A stretch of 64,000 nt of DNA, taken from positions 1-64,000 of the IMG/VR virus record IMGVR_UViG_2891339218_000001; one strand, written 5' to 3'. The notes beneath the pieces are model-generated. The model did no database searches, was not told the origin of the DNA, and saw nothing but the letters and a program-made list of their open reading frames with translations. This DNA comes from a virus. Lineage: Duplodnaviria; Caudoviricetes. The translations under genes were made by a program, and so were the position numbers. Below, piece after piece: positions 37,179 through 46,180 of the stretch. Position 1 is the stretch's first letter, and every line of letters begins with the position of its first letter.

Positions 37179-37496
37179 ATGGATGGTTGGCTAAAGGGAC
37201 TGATCGCGACGGCGTGCGTGGTCGTTATCGCTGGCGGCGGATATTTTGCTTTCTCGGAGTACCGGAGATCCCAGGAACAGGAAGCAGCCAAGGCAGCCGC
37301 TGATCGTCGGGCCCTTATCGTTGCCTGTAAGCAAATGATAATGGACCTCTCAAAGAACGAAACGAAAGACTACAAAGGCGGTTACATCGCGACTTGCATC
37401 AACGACGGCTACGTGACCGAACAGGAATTCAAAGATGCTGGCGCTGGTGGCTACGTAGATACTGTCCGAAGCCTGATAAGACCTGCCGCCGAATAG
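37179..37496 (+). CDS. Moron, single-TM protein
   Basis: GGAGG RBS; N-terminal TM; hairpin at 37497-37524. Confidence 0.65.
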   Translation: MDGWLKGLIATACVVVIAGGGYFAFSEYRRSQEQEAAKAAADRRALIVACKQMIMDLSKNETKDYKGGYIATCINDGYVTEQEFKDAGAGGYVDTVRSLIRPAAE

Positions 37497-37664
37497 GATA
37501 AGGCGCTCTTCGGTGCGCCTTATCTGATCATGCTCCCGCGACTGAAGCAGCCCTCGACTGTTTTCCCCTTGAGCAGAACATAACGCCGCGTCATGATATC
37601 AATCGGAGATTAGGAAGGACACCCGACATATCTAAGTGTCGCAATCCTTCCAGAGGAGGATTCT

Positions 37665-38486
37665 ATGGGTATAGTTCTCAAGGTAGGCCGCGACACAGCT
37701 TTTGATATGAGCAGCTTTGGTCCTTTTTCGGGGGAATTTGGATCTGCTGATATTGTGACCTTCACTTCAACAAAGGTTGTTGGATATGCGTACGGTACGA
37801 AGGTGACGATCGCGGGCAGCGGGTTCAAGGCCAATGGTGATGGGTACATTGTGGGTGGAACGATCAAGAGCGTAACCGAGACCTACGGTGGTGAACTTCA
37901 GCTTTCACTTAGCGGCCTGTCGCTCTCAGTCACGAAACTCGTTGAGGTTCTTCAGACCGTCCCTACTTGGGACGAACGAAACCTCATCAAGCAAGTTATG
38001 GCCGGAAATGACAAGGTATACGGCAGCGCAGAGAATGACATCCTGGTAGGGCACGGTGGCAACGATCTGCTCGTTAGCCGCGAGGGCGCGGATACGATCT
38101 ACGGCAACGCTGGAAACGATAGGCTGTCTGGCGGGGCTGGCGCAGACAGGCTGTTCGGTGGGTCTGGTGCGGATATGTTTGTTTTCGAAAAGGCCAAGTA
38201 CTCTACTGGGTCATCGGATGGCCGCGACACCATCAAGGACTTCAACCGCACACAAGGCGACAAAATCGATTTGGCTGGCATCGACGCGAACACCAAGATC
38301 GCCGGGAACCAGGCGTTCAAATTCATCGGTGAGAACGACTTCCACAAGAAGGCCGGCGAGTTGCGCTATGAGCAGAAGTCGAACGGGACCTACATCTACG
38401 GCGACATCAACGGCGATGGGAAAGTGGACCTCTCCATCAAGGTCGGCGCTGTGGTTGACTTCGTGAAGGGCGACTTCATCCTGTAG
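37665..38486 (+). CDS. Moron, RTX Ca-binding protein with T1SS-type C-terminus
   Basis: Several GGxGxDxLx nonapeptides; DKIDL..IDAN...GNQAF.FIG; ends DFIL. Confidence 0.88.
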   Translation: MGIVLKVGRDTAFDMSSFGPFSGEFGSADIVTFTSTKVVGYAYGTKVTIAGSGFKANGDGYIVGGTIKSVTETYGGELQLSLSGLSLSVTKLVEVLQTVPTWDERNLIKQVMAGNDKVYGSAENDILVGHGGNDLLVSREGADTIYGNAGNDRLSGGAGADRLFGGSGADMFVFEKAKYSTGSSDGRDTIKDFNRTQGDKIDLAGIDANTKIAGNQAFKFIGENDFHKKAGELRYEQKSNGTYIYGDINGDGKVDLSIKVGAVVDFVKGDFIL

Positions 38487-38847
38487 ACGCTCGCTCGACA
38501 GGCGGGATGCAGAAGGGGTCCTTCCCCGCATTGAACTCCCGCAGGTAGGCGCTGCACATTCTGCGGATCAGGCGGTATTCCCATGGCTCCAGCGCCAGGC
38601 CGCATGCGTTGGCGAATGCCGCCAGCTCCTGCCAGTCAGGGATCGTCAGGCCCATGCCGGTGTTCCTGATCGGCCCGAGCTGCTGGAGCGCTTCGAGCAG
38701 ATAGTCGCCGCCGACGATCTCGACCAATGGAAGCGGCCGCCCGGCGTCGATAAAGCGTTGCGCGCGCGTCTTGCTCTCGTTCTTGACCGTGGATGCCAGC
38801 CAGCCCAGTTGCTCAGCGGCAAGGACTAGCTGGCGTTCCCTTCCCCC
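38476..38847 (-). CDS. Helper tail chaperone gpT segment, reached by -1 frameshift
   Basis: GGGGGAA slippery heptamer at 38841-38847 near the gpG end; -1 frame is open (RERQLVLAAEQLGWL...). Confidence 0.7.
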   Translation of the reverse strand, partial: GGRERQLVLAAEQLGWLASTVKNESKTRAQRFIDAGRPLPLVEIVGGDYLLEALQQLGPIRNTGMGLTIPDWQELAAFANACGLALEPWEYRLIRRMCSAYLREFNAGKDPFCIPPVERASTG

Positions 38848-39290
38848 AGGATCGCGGCCCGGTCCGTTGCAAAGGTCCGAACCTGCTCGGCGAACGAAAG
38901 CTGCGCCCGGTTGCCGTTGACGATCTGAAGGTTCAGGAACCATTCGACGTCAGCCGGCGCAGTCGCTGCCTTGCTGCCGCGGTTCACGTTCTCGAACCCG
39001 ACGATCAGCGGGGCGATCTCCTTCACGATCTGGTCGTGCACATTGGAGATGGTGACGGGCTCGCCGGACGGGCGCTCCTGCTTCATGCGGGCGCGCTGGC
39101 TTTCGAGGATGGCGCTCTGGCCCGTTTCGCCCTCGATGCCGAGAACGAGCACGCGGCAGGGCTTTGCCTCGTCGGGATTGCCCTTTGCGTCCACACCATC
39201 ATAGAGCAGCTTACCCGTGCCGGGGTGCTTGAGGTGGAGCGCACGCGGCGTCTCGGATGCTTTCCGGCTATCGAACTGACCGAAGTCCAT
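38826..39290 (-). CDS. Helper tail assembly chaperone gpG
   Basis: Between tube and tape measure genes; LHLKHP.TG..L. Confidence 0.75.
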   Translation of the reverse strand: MDFGQFDSRKASETPRALHLKHPGTGKLLYDGVDAKGNPDEAKPCRVLVLGIEGETGQSAILESQRARMKQERPSGEPVTISNVHDQIVKEIAPLIVGFENVNRGSKAATAPADVEWFLNLQIVNGNRAQLSFAEQVRTFATDRAAILGEGNAS

Positions 39291-39298
39291 GGATCACC

Positions 39299-39763
39299 TC
39301 AGGGCGCGTCAGCGACGACGCTGTCGCTGTTGGCACGGATGGAGAAGGTGAAGCCGGCATAGCTCGTCGTGGAACGCTCGTTGCGCTGCCAGTTGTAGAC
39401 GATGCCGGTGATGTACTCGACCTCACCCGAGGCGTCGGGCTCGACGATCTTGAAGCTATAGAGCTTGTGTTCGCCCTCGACCGCAGCGGCCTTCACCGCC
39501 GTCTGGCCGGCGTCGCCCTTGATCTCACGCAGTGCGATCGCGGTCTCGGAACCGGTCTTGGCGCCCTTGGCCGCCATAACCCAGCCACTCTCGAGGTCGG
39601 GGATGTCGATCACGGCATTCGTGCCGCCAACCGGGCCAATCGACACGACACCGTTGATCTTGATCGGCGAGGTGGTGAACAGCGTTTCATAGGCGGCCTC
39701 GGTGAACGCCGTCGGCGCCCCGGCCTTCATGTAGATGATGTGGCCGATGTCGGAAGTAGACAT
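39299..39763 (-). CDS. Helper major tail tube protein
   Basis: Position and GV.SIG..GG...KG...DAGQ..V pattern. Confidence 0.75.
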   Translation of the reverse strand: MSTSDIGHIIYMKAGAPTAFTEAAYETLFTTSPIKINGVVSIGPVGGTNAVIDIPDLESGWVMAAKGAKTGSETAIALREIKGDAGQTAVKAAAVEGEHKLYSFKIVEPDASGEVEYITGIVYNWQRNERSTTSYAGFTFSIRANSDSVVADAP

Positions 39764-39776
39764 GCCTTGATCCTTT

Positions 39777-40241
39777 CTATGGTGCGATTTCCGGCCCGAA
39801 CGCCGAGTAGTTGATGGTGACAGGGAAATTCAGTTGGTCTGCGCTTTGCACAGGAGGCGCCAACCAAGGCTCGTCAATCACGGTGATGCGAACGCCGGAC
39901 ACGAGGAAGAATCGGTTGTTGAAGTGGTCGATGACGGCGCCCGCCACGTCGAGCGGCTTCACCTGCCCCTTGTTCGCGGGCCACATCACCGAGACCTGGA
40001 GAACGCCAAGTTTCTGTTGCGGACCAACATCAATGGTTACCCGGTTCGTCTTTGCCGGCATGAACCATGCCGCCAGATATGGCTTAGGGTCGCCTTTTCG
40101 GTAGTCCGCTCCATTGCCGTCGTATACCGGCGGCGTGAACGACACCCCAGGCATGGCGATATCCAAGGCCGGGGTGAGATCGATTGCCTCAAGGTGTTCG
40201 AGCAACGCCGCCAGAATGATTGCGTCGATGGACGTCGCCAT
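39777..40241 (-). CDS. Helper tail terminator (DUF4128-like)
   Basis: IA.PGV.F.PP, G.LQVSV.WP...G. Confidence 0.75.
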   Translation of the reverse strand: MATSIDAIILAALLEHLEAIDLTPALDIAMPGVSFTPPVYDGNGADYRKGDPKPYLAAWFMPAKTNRVTIDVGPQQKLGVLQVSVMWPANKGQVKPLDVAGAVIDHFNNRFFLVSGVRITVIDEPWLAPPVQSADQLNFPVTINYSAFGPEIAP

Positions 40242-40254
40242 ATATCAATCCTTC

Positions 40255-40476
40255 ATGCCAAAGCCGCCGCTGACGAATGATGAGGTCTATGAACGCCTGC
40301 ACGTGGCGTTGCTTGCGCTCGGCACTGACAGGGCGGAGACAGAGCTTGGTGACACAACGCTCAAGACCGCCCGTCGCGCGATGGCGACCCTTCAGGCGGG
40401 GTTTCTCGCCGCATCAGACAGAGCCGAGAAGCGCAACAACGCTATAATTGAGCCTTCGAGGGGGAACGAGCCTTAG
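40255..40476 (+). CDS. Small antisense moron (MPKPPLTN...)
   Basis: Fills the gap between neck genes on the opposite strand; no clear RBS. Confidence 0.4.
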   Translation: MPKPPLTNDEVYERLHVALLALGTDRAETELGDTTLKTARRAMATLQAGFLAASDRAEKRNNAIIEPSRGNEP

Positions 40477-40951
40477 CCTCAGCCACGGATTCGGCAACAA
40501 CTGCTTTCCATTGCGCAGCGGCCCGACGAACCCAGCCGACCGGTGGCTGGTTGTACGAACGCCCCATGCTGTCTGTTCCGACGAAGCCGTATTCCAGCCT
40601 CCTCGCATATTCCATCGTGTATGCTGCAAGAATGCGGTCTCCGGCCGCTGCGTTGGCAATCGCCACTTGCATATAGGCTTGGGTATATGGCCCCATGCCG
40701 TCCTCCTCCCTTCGGGTGGCCGGCGGCGGGCTCTGGTTGACCAGAACCACCATGGATGCTCGCAGGAAGCCATCTTGGTAAGGCACGGTCGTTTGCGCGA
40801 TGGTGATCATTTTCTGGGTGGACAGGCGAAACACAGCGGTCATGCGCTTTTTCGTCTGCAGAACCCACTCGTCGACATCGCTTGCGAACCGCGCCTGTCC
40901 TTGGGACGCCCGGCCGGATCGGGTGAAAATGCCCGTTGTCGGCCCGGCCAT
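40442..40951 (-). CDS. Helper HK97 gp10-like neck protein
   Basis: P...GFLRAS, YARRLEYG. Confidence 0.75.
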   Translation of the reverse strand: MAGPTTGIFTRSGRASQGQARFASDVDEWVLQTKKRMTAVFRLSTQKMITIAQTTVPYQDGFLRASMVVLVNQSPPPATRREEDGMGPYTQAYMQVAIANAAAGDRILAAYTMEYARRLEYGFVGTDSMGRSYNQPPVGWVRRAAAQWKAVVAESVAEAKARSPSKAQL

Positions 40952-41991
40952 CAGTCAATATCCGCAAGGAAGTCGATCTTGGTTTCCATCCAACAGCGAC
41001 AGTTGATGATTTCGGAAGCGCCTCCGTTGGGATCGCCGGGGTATTGCAGCTCGGCACCCGAGATGGCTCGAAAGGGTTCCCGAAAGGCGACGGCCTTGTT
41101 GTTCAGATGCAGGTGGCTGTCGCGCGTGCGCTTGTCGATAAACGCGTGCCAGACCTTCGTGATTATGGTTTCGCTCACCCGCCCTTCCGCTATCGCCTGC
41201 CGCATTGCTGCCAGCTGGCCCTTGTTGAAGGCCGTCATCGTCTCGGTGCGGGCTATCGTCTCGCCTCGGAGCAATAGGAGCCGGTCTGCGTAGCGACCCG
41301 CCATCCTATCAATCGTGGCTTGGTCGACTGGCTTTCCGGCCTTGATCGCGGATCGGATCGTGGCATCGAACCGTTTGTCGCGCCGGGTCATCTCGAAGAC
41401 CTTCCGCATCTCGGACGGATCTCCGGAAGATAGACGCCTCCGAAACGCTTCCACATGCTCAGCTTGTCGCGAAGAGAGGCCGATGATCCCGCCTTCCCTA
41501 CGACCCGTCACCGCACTTTGACGACCCACGATATCCAACGCGGTTCGGCGCGGCGCCCGCCCCATTTGGATGCCATTGGCGAGTGTATTTCTGATCGCAT
41601 CGATTTGATCCGGCACGAGATCGCCAGTGATCAGCCTCGAACTATAGAGCCTCAGGTCCTGCGCCGCGGTCGGATGCTCAATGTCGAAGCGGAACAGCGC
41701 GGTCGATCCGTTGCTCTCAGTGACGCGGGGAACGCGCTTTGCTGCCTCATCGCCGCCGGCTTCGAACACAGCTTCTGTTGCTTTCTTCAACGGGCGGTAG
41801 GCCGACGCCTCGATACCCATGGCACGGATGGCGCCTTCGATGTCACGCTCCTCCAGCCGAGTGACGATTTCCGCCAGCCGGACGCCAGCTTTAAGGTTGT
41901 CGATGCTCTCTTCGAATGCCTTCCGAAGCTCCGGCTCTAATTCGTCGAGAAGCCCCCGGATATGGTTGCGTTGCGACGGTCGCTTCGCCAT
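40951..41991 (-). CDS. Minor head protein (Mu gpF/SPP1 gp7 family)
   Basis: TIARTE, K.W....D.RTRDSH, YPGDP, INCRC. Confidence 0.85.
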   Translation of the reverse strand: MAKRPSQRNHIRGLLDELEPELRKAFEESIDNLKAGVRLAEIVTRLEERDIEGAIRAMGIEASAYRPLKKATEAVFEAGGDEAAKRVPRVTESNGSTALFRFDIEHPTAAQDLRLYSSRLITGDLVPDQIDAIRNTLANGIQMGRAPRRTALDIVGRQSAVTGRREGGIIGLSSRQAEHVEAFRRRLSSGDPSEMRKVFEMTRRDKRFDATIRSAIKAGKPVDQATIDRMAGRYADRLLLLRGETIARTETMTAFNKGQLAAMRQAIAEGRVSETIITKVWHAFIDKRTRDSHLHLNNKAVAFREPFRAISGAELQYPGDPNGGASEIINCRCWMETKIDFLADID

Positions 41992-42347
41992 CAGGCCCTG
42001 CCCTGCACTTCGTAATAGACGACCAGCCCAGCCGGGTTGATCTGCTTGACGTTCTCGATGGCGAAGGTTTGCCCGCCAGCGTTGATCGTGTCTGCCCGAT
42101 CGAGCGTGATGCTGAGGCCATGCGTCGCGATGTAGATCAGCTTGTCGGTGCGCAGGATCAGCGTGCCATCTACGGCGCGATCCTCGTATTCCATCACGAC
42201 GAGCTGGCACGGATAATCCGTCGGCGTCAGCACCGGGTCATATGCTGGGCCAGACTGCGCGACGCGCGTCACCGTGCCCTGTTGCCCGAACTTCTTGATG
42301 AGCCGATCGGCTGTTGCCTGTAGGCGGGCGTAGAGAGCATCAGGCAT
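41991..42347 (-). CDS. Helper head closure protein
   Basis: LQATADRLIKKFGQ, DGTLI...D. Confidence 0.7.
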   Translation of the reverse strand: MPDALYARLQATADRLIKKFGQQGTVTRVAQSGPAYDPVLTPTDYPCQLVVMEYEDRAVDGTLILRTDKLIYIATHGLSITLDRADTINAGGQTFAIENVKQINPAGLVVYYEVQGRA

Positions 42348-42841
42348 CAGACCACCGCGATAGCCGGCAGCACCGGCACGAGGAACGGCCACAGCAGCCC
42401 CTCGATCGTCGTGACGACGGGCGTGGCCATGGCGATCATGTCGGCAATACTCGTCGACGAGGAAGCGGCGTACTCGACCTCAAGCTGACCGACCTTCTCC
42501 CGCTTCACCGCGGCGTTGCCTGTAACCACAGGCGACAGACTGCCGGGGTTGGTAAGTTCGAGGAATGCCGCCTCGTATGAGGCGTTGACGATGGCGACCG
42601 GCACAACGTCAGCCGGGATCGCCTCGCCGTAATAAGTGGTGGCGCCGGTGCGCGGCCACGCCCGCTCTTGGGCAAACCCGCCGGTGCGGCGCCCGCTGAA
42701 CCGTGGCTCATACCGATCGATCACCAGAGAGCCGCGCTGCATCGCCGCGTCTTTCTGGGCATCGGTCGTGCCATCAGGGAAGACATAGCCGGCCGCGGTC
42801 GCGTAGGTCGTGAAATCCGCTCTCGTACCGTATCCGGCCAT
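42347..42841 (-). CDS. Helper head-tail adaptor
   Basis: Q.RAWPR, VKREKVG.LEVEY. Confidence 0.75.
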   Translation of the reverse strand: MAGYGTRADFTTYATAAGYVFPDGTTDAQKDAAMQRGSLVIDRYEPRFSGRRTGGFAQERAWPRTGATTYYGEAIPADVVPVAIVNASYEAAFLELTNPGSLSPVVTGNAAVKREKVGQLEVEYAASSSTSIADMIAMATPVVTTIEGLLWPFLVPVLPAIAVV

Positions 42842-42888
42842 GTCTTTCTCCTTGGTGATCGCCCGGCAGTTGCCTGCCGGGTAAGTTG

Positions 42889-43254
42889 TCAGGGCTGGGT
42901 TGCCAGTTCTTCGAGAGCGGCGATGATCTCGTCCTTCTTCGCCGGGATCTTGTCGCCGAGGAGCTTCGCGGCCGCCGACTTGAAGGTCATGAACTGGACC
43001 GCCGGGTCATTGGCCATCGCAAGGACCTCCTGTGCCGTCTTGGGCTGGTCGGAGCCCTCGGGCGCCACCTTGGCGGTCCGCTCTCCTTCGACCGTGAGGT
43101 GGCCAGCGTCCACCCACGCCTTGACGACGGGATGGTCCTCAACGGTTTCCCAGTCTGCCTGGTCGACCTCAAGCGAAGCGCCGGCCTCGATGACGGGACC
43201 GCCCGGAATGCCGAAGCCGCCGGGACGGGTATTCTTGATCGTGAGCTTGCTCAT
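42889..43254 (-). CDS. Capsid-adjacent hypothetical protein
   Basis: AGGAG RBS; follows the capsid gene. Confidence 0.6.
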   Translation of the reverse strand: MSKLTIKNTRPGGFGIPGGPVIEAGASLEVDQADWETVEDHPVVKAWVDAGHLTVEGERTAKVAPEGSDQPKTAQEVLAMANDPAVQFMTFKSAAAKLLGDKIPAKKDEIIAALEELATQP

Positions 43255-43265
43255 GAGCGTTCTCC

Positions 43266-44204
43266 TTAAATCCCGTCGAGGTAGCGAGCGGCACCCGGCC
43301 GGCGCCATTCAACGCCGCCGAAGCGGAAGATGCCCGGCACTTCGTATTTGAGAAGGCGCTGTTCCGCCTGCAGCCAGCGGAGCGGCATCGGAATGTGCAC
43401 CTTCACGACATCGGGCGTGCGGCGGTAAGCGACCATGCGCTGGGTGTTGCCAGCGCCGGCCGTCTCCAGGCCGAAGACGGCGCGGATCTTGAGCGGCTGA
43501 CCGGTGCGGATGGTGTAGATGTTGACGCGCTGGATGTGCTCCAGAATCGTCGTCGTCTGCGTCGCGTCGAGGCGGCGGGTCGCGATGTAGGCATAGCGAT
43601 CCTGGCTCAGCAGGAGCGTGTCGGCCTGCTCGATGCCGTTGGATGCCGTGAAGACGACACCGAGCACGTCGTTGACGTCCTTGACGATCTCGTCGACGGT
43701 CTTCGTGGGCCACGTCGCCGTGCCGCCTGCACCGTTGGGCGCGGTGAGCGCAGTAACGGAGGTCGAGTTCAGCAGGCCGGCGAGGCCGAGCTTCGAGCGA
43801 CCGAGGAAGCACAGATTGTCGACGAACTGCTCGTACTTGCGGCGAGCAGCATCGGCACGGGTACCGTCAAGGCGAATGCCGTACGCCTGAGCGTGGGCAA
43901 GCTCCTGGAGATTGTAGCGGTAGCCGATGCCGGCCATGTAGACGCGGCTGTCGCCCTTATCGAGCTTGAAGTCGACGAACGGGATGTCGTCGCCATCCGG
44001 CGCGAATTCGCGGGCCTGGCCGACGTCATCGCCCATCGAGAAGAAGTCGATGTGCGTCGTCCAGTCTGGCGCCGTGTTGTCGACCGGCACCAGCTCGCGG
44101 TACTGGAAGTCCGGGTATTCGCGGGCGTAGATGCCCGGCTCGATGTAGTTCTGCGCGGTGCGCAGGAAGTTCAGCGCCAGAGCGGGCGCGTCGGTCGTGA
44201 ACAT
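43266..44204 (-). CDS. Helper major capsid protein (DUF2184-like)
   Basis: Y...YP...Y..LVPV, G..Y...EL..A, GG.EW.RP.A..Y.DGI. Confidence 0.88.
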   Translation of the reverse strand: MFTTDAPALALNFLRTAQNYIEPGIYAREYPDFQYRELVPVDNTAPDWTTHIDFFSMGDDVGQAREFAPDGDDIPFVDFKLDKGDSRVYMAGIGYRYNLQELAHAQAYGIRLDGTRADAARRKYEQFVDNLCFLGRSKLGLAGLLNSTSVTALTAPNGAGGTATWPTKTVDEIVKDVNDVLGVVFTASNGIEQADTLLLSQDRYAYIATRRLDATQTTTILEHIQRVNIYTIRTGQPLKIRAVFGLETAGAGNTQRMVAYRRTPDVVKVHIPMPLRWLQAEQRLLKYEVPGIFRFGGVEWRRPGAARYLDGI

Positions 44205-44216
44205 GCTCGTTCTCCT

Positions 44217-44681
44217 TTACTTGGTGACGCCAAGGCGGAGACGTGCGAGCTGGTTCGTGGTGCTCGTGACGCTTGCCCATTCGGCATTTTCGATGAGTTG
44301 GTTTGCCGACGAGTTGGAGACGTTCGTGAACGTCCCGGTCGGCGTCATGTAGACGGGGTCGCCCTGCGCGACGGCGACGAGCGCCGTGACCCAGATGGAG
44401 CCGGTCTTCATCACGCTGATCTGGTCGAGCGGCTTGTAGACCTCGCCGTTGGCGAACGGCAGCGTCCGGTCAACGACAGCCACGCCGGCAAACTTACCGA
44501 TCGCCGCTGGCAGCGCGACAGTGTCTTCGGCGGTGGCGTAGATCACGCCGCGGCCGAAGGGGATGTCACCGGAAGAAGCACCTACGATCATCGACGTGAT
44601 CCAGTGCGGCTCGGTGGTGGCGATCATGCCGGGATAACCGGCCGGCGTGTCGCGCGAGTAGGAGACGGTCGGGAACACCAT
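44217..44681 (-). CDS. Capsid cement/decoration protein
   Basis: AGYPGM.A, IPFG..V, VM..G.IWV. Confidence 0.75.
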   Translation of the reverse strand: MVFPTVSYSRDTPAGYPGMIATTEPHWITSMIVGASSGDIPFGRGVIYATAEDTVALPAAIGKFAGVAVVDRTLPFANGEVYKPLDQISVMKTGSIWVTALVAVAQGDPVYMTPTGTFTNVSNSSANQLIENAEWASVTSTTNQLARLRLGVTK

Positions 44682-45826
44682 TATGCGGACTCCTTCTGGT
44701 TGCCCTGCCAGGCGTTGCGATCACGCTGCAGCATGGCTTCATAGGCCTTGCTGGCATCGGTGATGGTGGCCGGGGTGGTGACACCGTCGCGAACAGCGTT
44801 GGCGAACGGATCTGGGTTCTTACTCGCTTCCTCGGCAAGGATGTCGAAGCGCGCGTCGATGTAGGCGTCAGGCTTGCCGGCAATCGCGGCATCACCGAGC
44901 TTGGCGGAAACGACCGCCTTGCGGATGGCGGCGTCGGTCAGGCCTTCGGTCTTGACATCCTTGGCGATCGACTTGGCGACGGTGATCAGATCCGCACGGG
45001 CCTGCACCTTGGCATCGAGCGCCTTTTCATCGAGCACCTTGGCCTTCAGGGCGTCGATCTCGGCGTCCTTCTTGGCGAGTTCAGCGTCCTTCGCCTCGAC
45101 CTGCTTGCAGGCGTCGTCGATCTGCTTGTCTTTCGATTTGGCCATGTCGGCAAGCCGCTGCTGCAGCGTTGCGATGACCGTGGCGCCCTGGTCGGTTACT
45201 TCGACCGGGATGCCATCGACGGTAACCGTCTTCAGGGTCATGATCTTTTCCTTTTCGGGTTGCTGATCATTGGTCACAGGGGCCGCGCCCCACGAAATCG
45301 CACCGTCGCCGATGCGAGCCTTTGAACCAGCCCGCGCCCGATCGACGATCGCGAGGTGGTTGATCTTGATGTTGGTCTGGGTGGCGTTGAACGCTTCGCC
45401 CTCAGGCGTGACACCGTCGCCGAACACGAGTTCGCAGGTGTAGCCGGCGGACAGCTCGCGTTTCCCGGTTTCGACTGCCTGGATCGCCGCGGCGTCCTTC
45501 AGTATCAGCGGCAGGTGCACCCACTCGCCGTCCTTCTTGGCGGCCGTGCTGACCTCACCAACGGCGAGCTGCTTCCAGTTGTCGGCCGTGACCGCTTCCG
45601 CCGGGTGATCCATCGTCACCGGGGCGTGCGTGAAACTCTGAAGGCTGGCATCGGCAAAGACCTGATCAGCCGGGCGATAGACCCGCACCACCGACAGCTC
45701 CGGCTTGCCGACTTCACTGCCGGCATAAAGCTGGATGCCGGTGCGAACCGACCGCGCTTCGGCAACGAGGTATCCATCGGCCGTCCGACGCGTGCCGGAC
45801 ACCGCTACAGCGTCGGTGAATTGCAT
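44681..45826 (-). CDS. Prohead protease/scaffold (DUF2213-like)
   Basis: RTGIQ.Y, PVT.DHP, ELSAGY, NHLAIV..ARAG, coiled-coil C-terminus. Confidence 0.88.
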   Translation of the reverse strand: MQFTDAVAVSGTRRTADGYLVAEARSVRTGIQLYAGSEVGKPELSVVRVYRPADQVFADASLQSFTHAPVTMDHPAEAVTADNWKQLAVGEVSTAAKKDGEWVHLPLILKDAAAIQAVETGKRELSAGYTCELVFGDGVTPEGEAFNATQTNIKINHLAIVDRARAGSKARIGDGAISWGAAPVTNDQQPEKEKIMTLKTVTVDGIPVEVTDQGATVIATLQQRLADMAKSKDKQIDDACKQVEAKDAELAKKDAEIDALKAKVLDEKALDAKVQARADLITVAKSIAKDVKTEGLTDAAIRKAVVSAKLGDAAIAGKPDAYIDARFDILAEEASKNPDPFANAVRDGVTTPATITDASKAYEAMLQRDRNAWQGNQKESA

Positions 45827-45905
45827 GTTGATAGTCCTCAGCCGGACTCGACTCTGGGTTGATTTAGCGCTCTTCTAAAGTCGCGTAAGAAAATTGGAGG
45901 GTGTA

Positions 45906-46178
45906 ATGGCTAACTACTTTGTTTCTTATGATCTGAATGGTCCCAACCCCACACACGCACAAATGGACGCACACCTGAAGAAGCTCGGGCCATGCGTGCA
46001 TCGCGTTCTCGAAACCGTGTGGTACGTGGGCTATGGGGGTACGCTGGAACAGCTTCAGCAGTATGTCGACAAAATACTTTCTCAAAATGACAGTCTCATT
46101 GTCATCGCCGCTAGCAATGCTCGTATGAGACATCTGCTTGTCCCGAATCAGAGTGTCATAGACTGCTGGAGTAAGTAG
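45906..46178 (+). CDS. Moron, Cas2/VapD-like ferredoxin-fold small protein
   Basis: YFVSYDL...LETVWYV...NDSLIV; antisense, AT-richer, GGAGG RBS. Confidence 0.55.
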   Translation: MANYFVSYDLNGPNPTHAQMDAHLKKLGPCVHRVLETVWYVGYGGTLEQLQQYVDKILSQNDSLIVIAASNARMRHLLVPNQSVIDCWSK

Positions 46179-46180
46179 TC

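Noticed and set aside
45906-46178. CRISPR-Cas locus suggested by the Cas2-like ORF
   Set aside because: No repeat-spacer array or other cas gene seen in the window.
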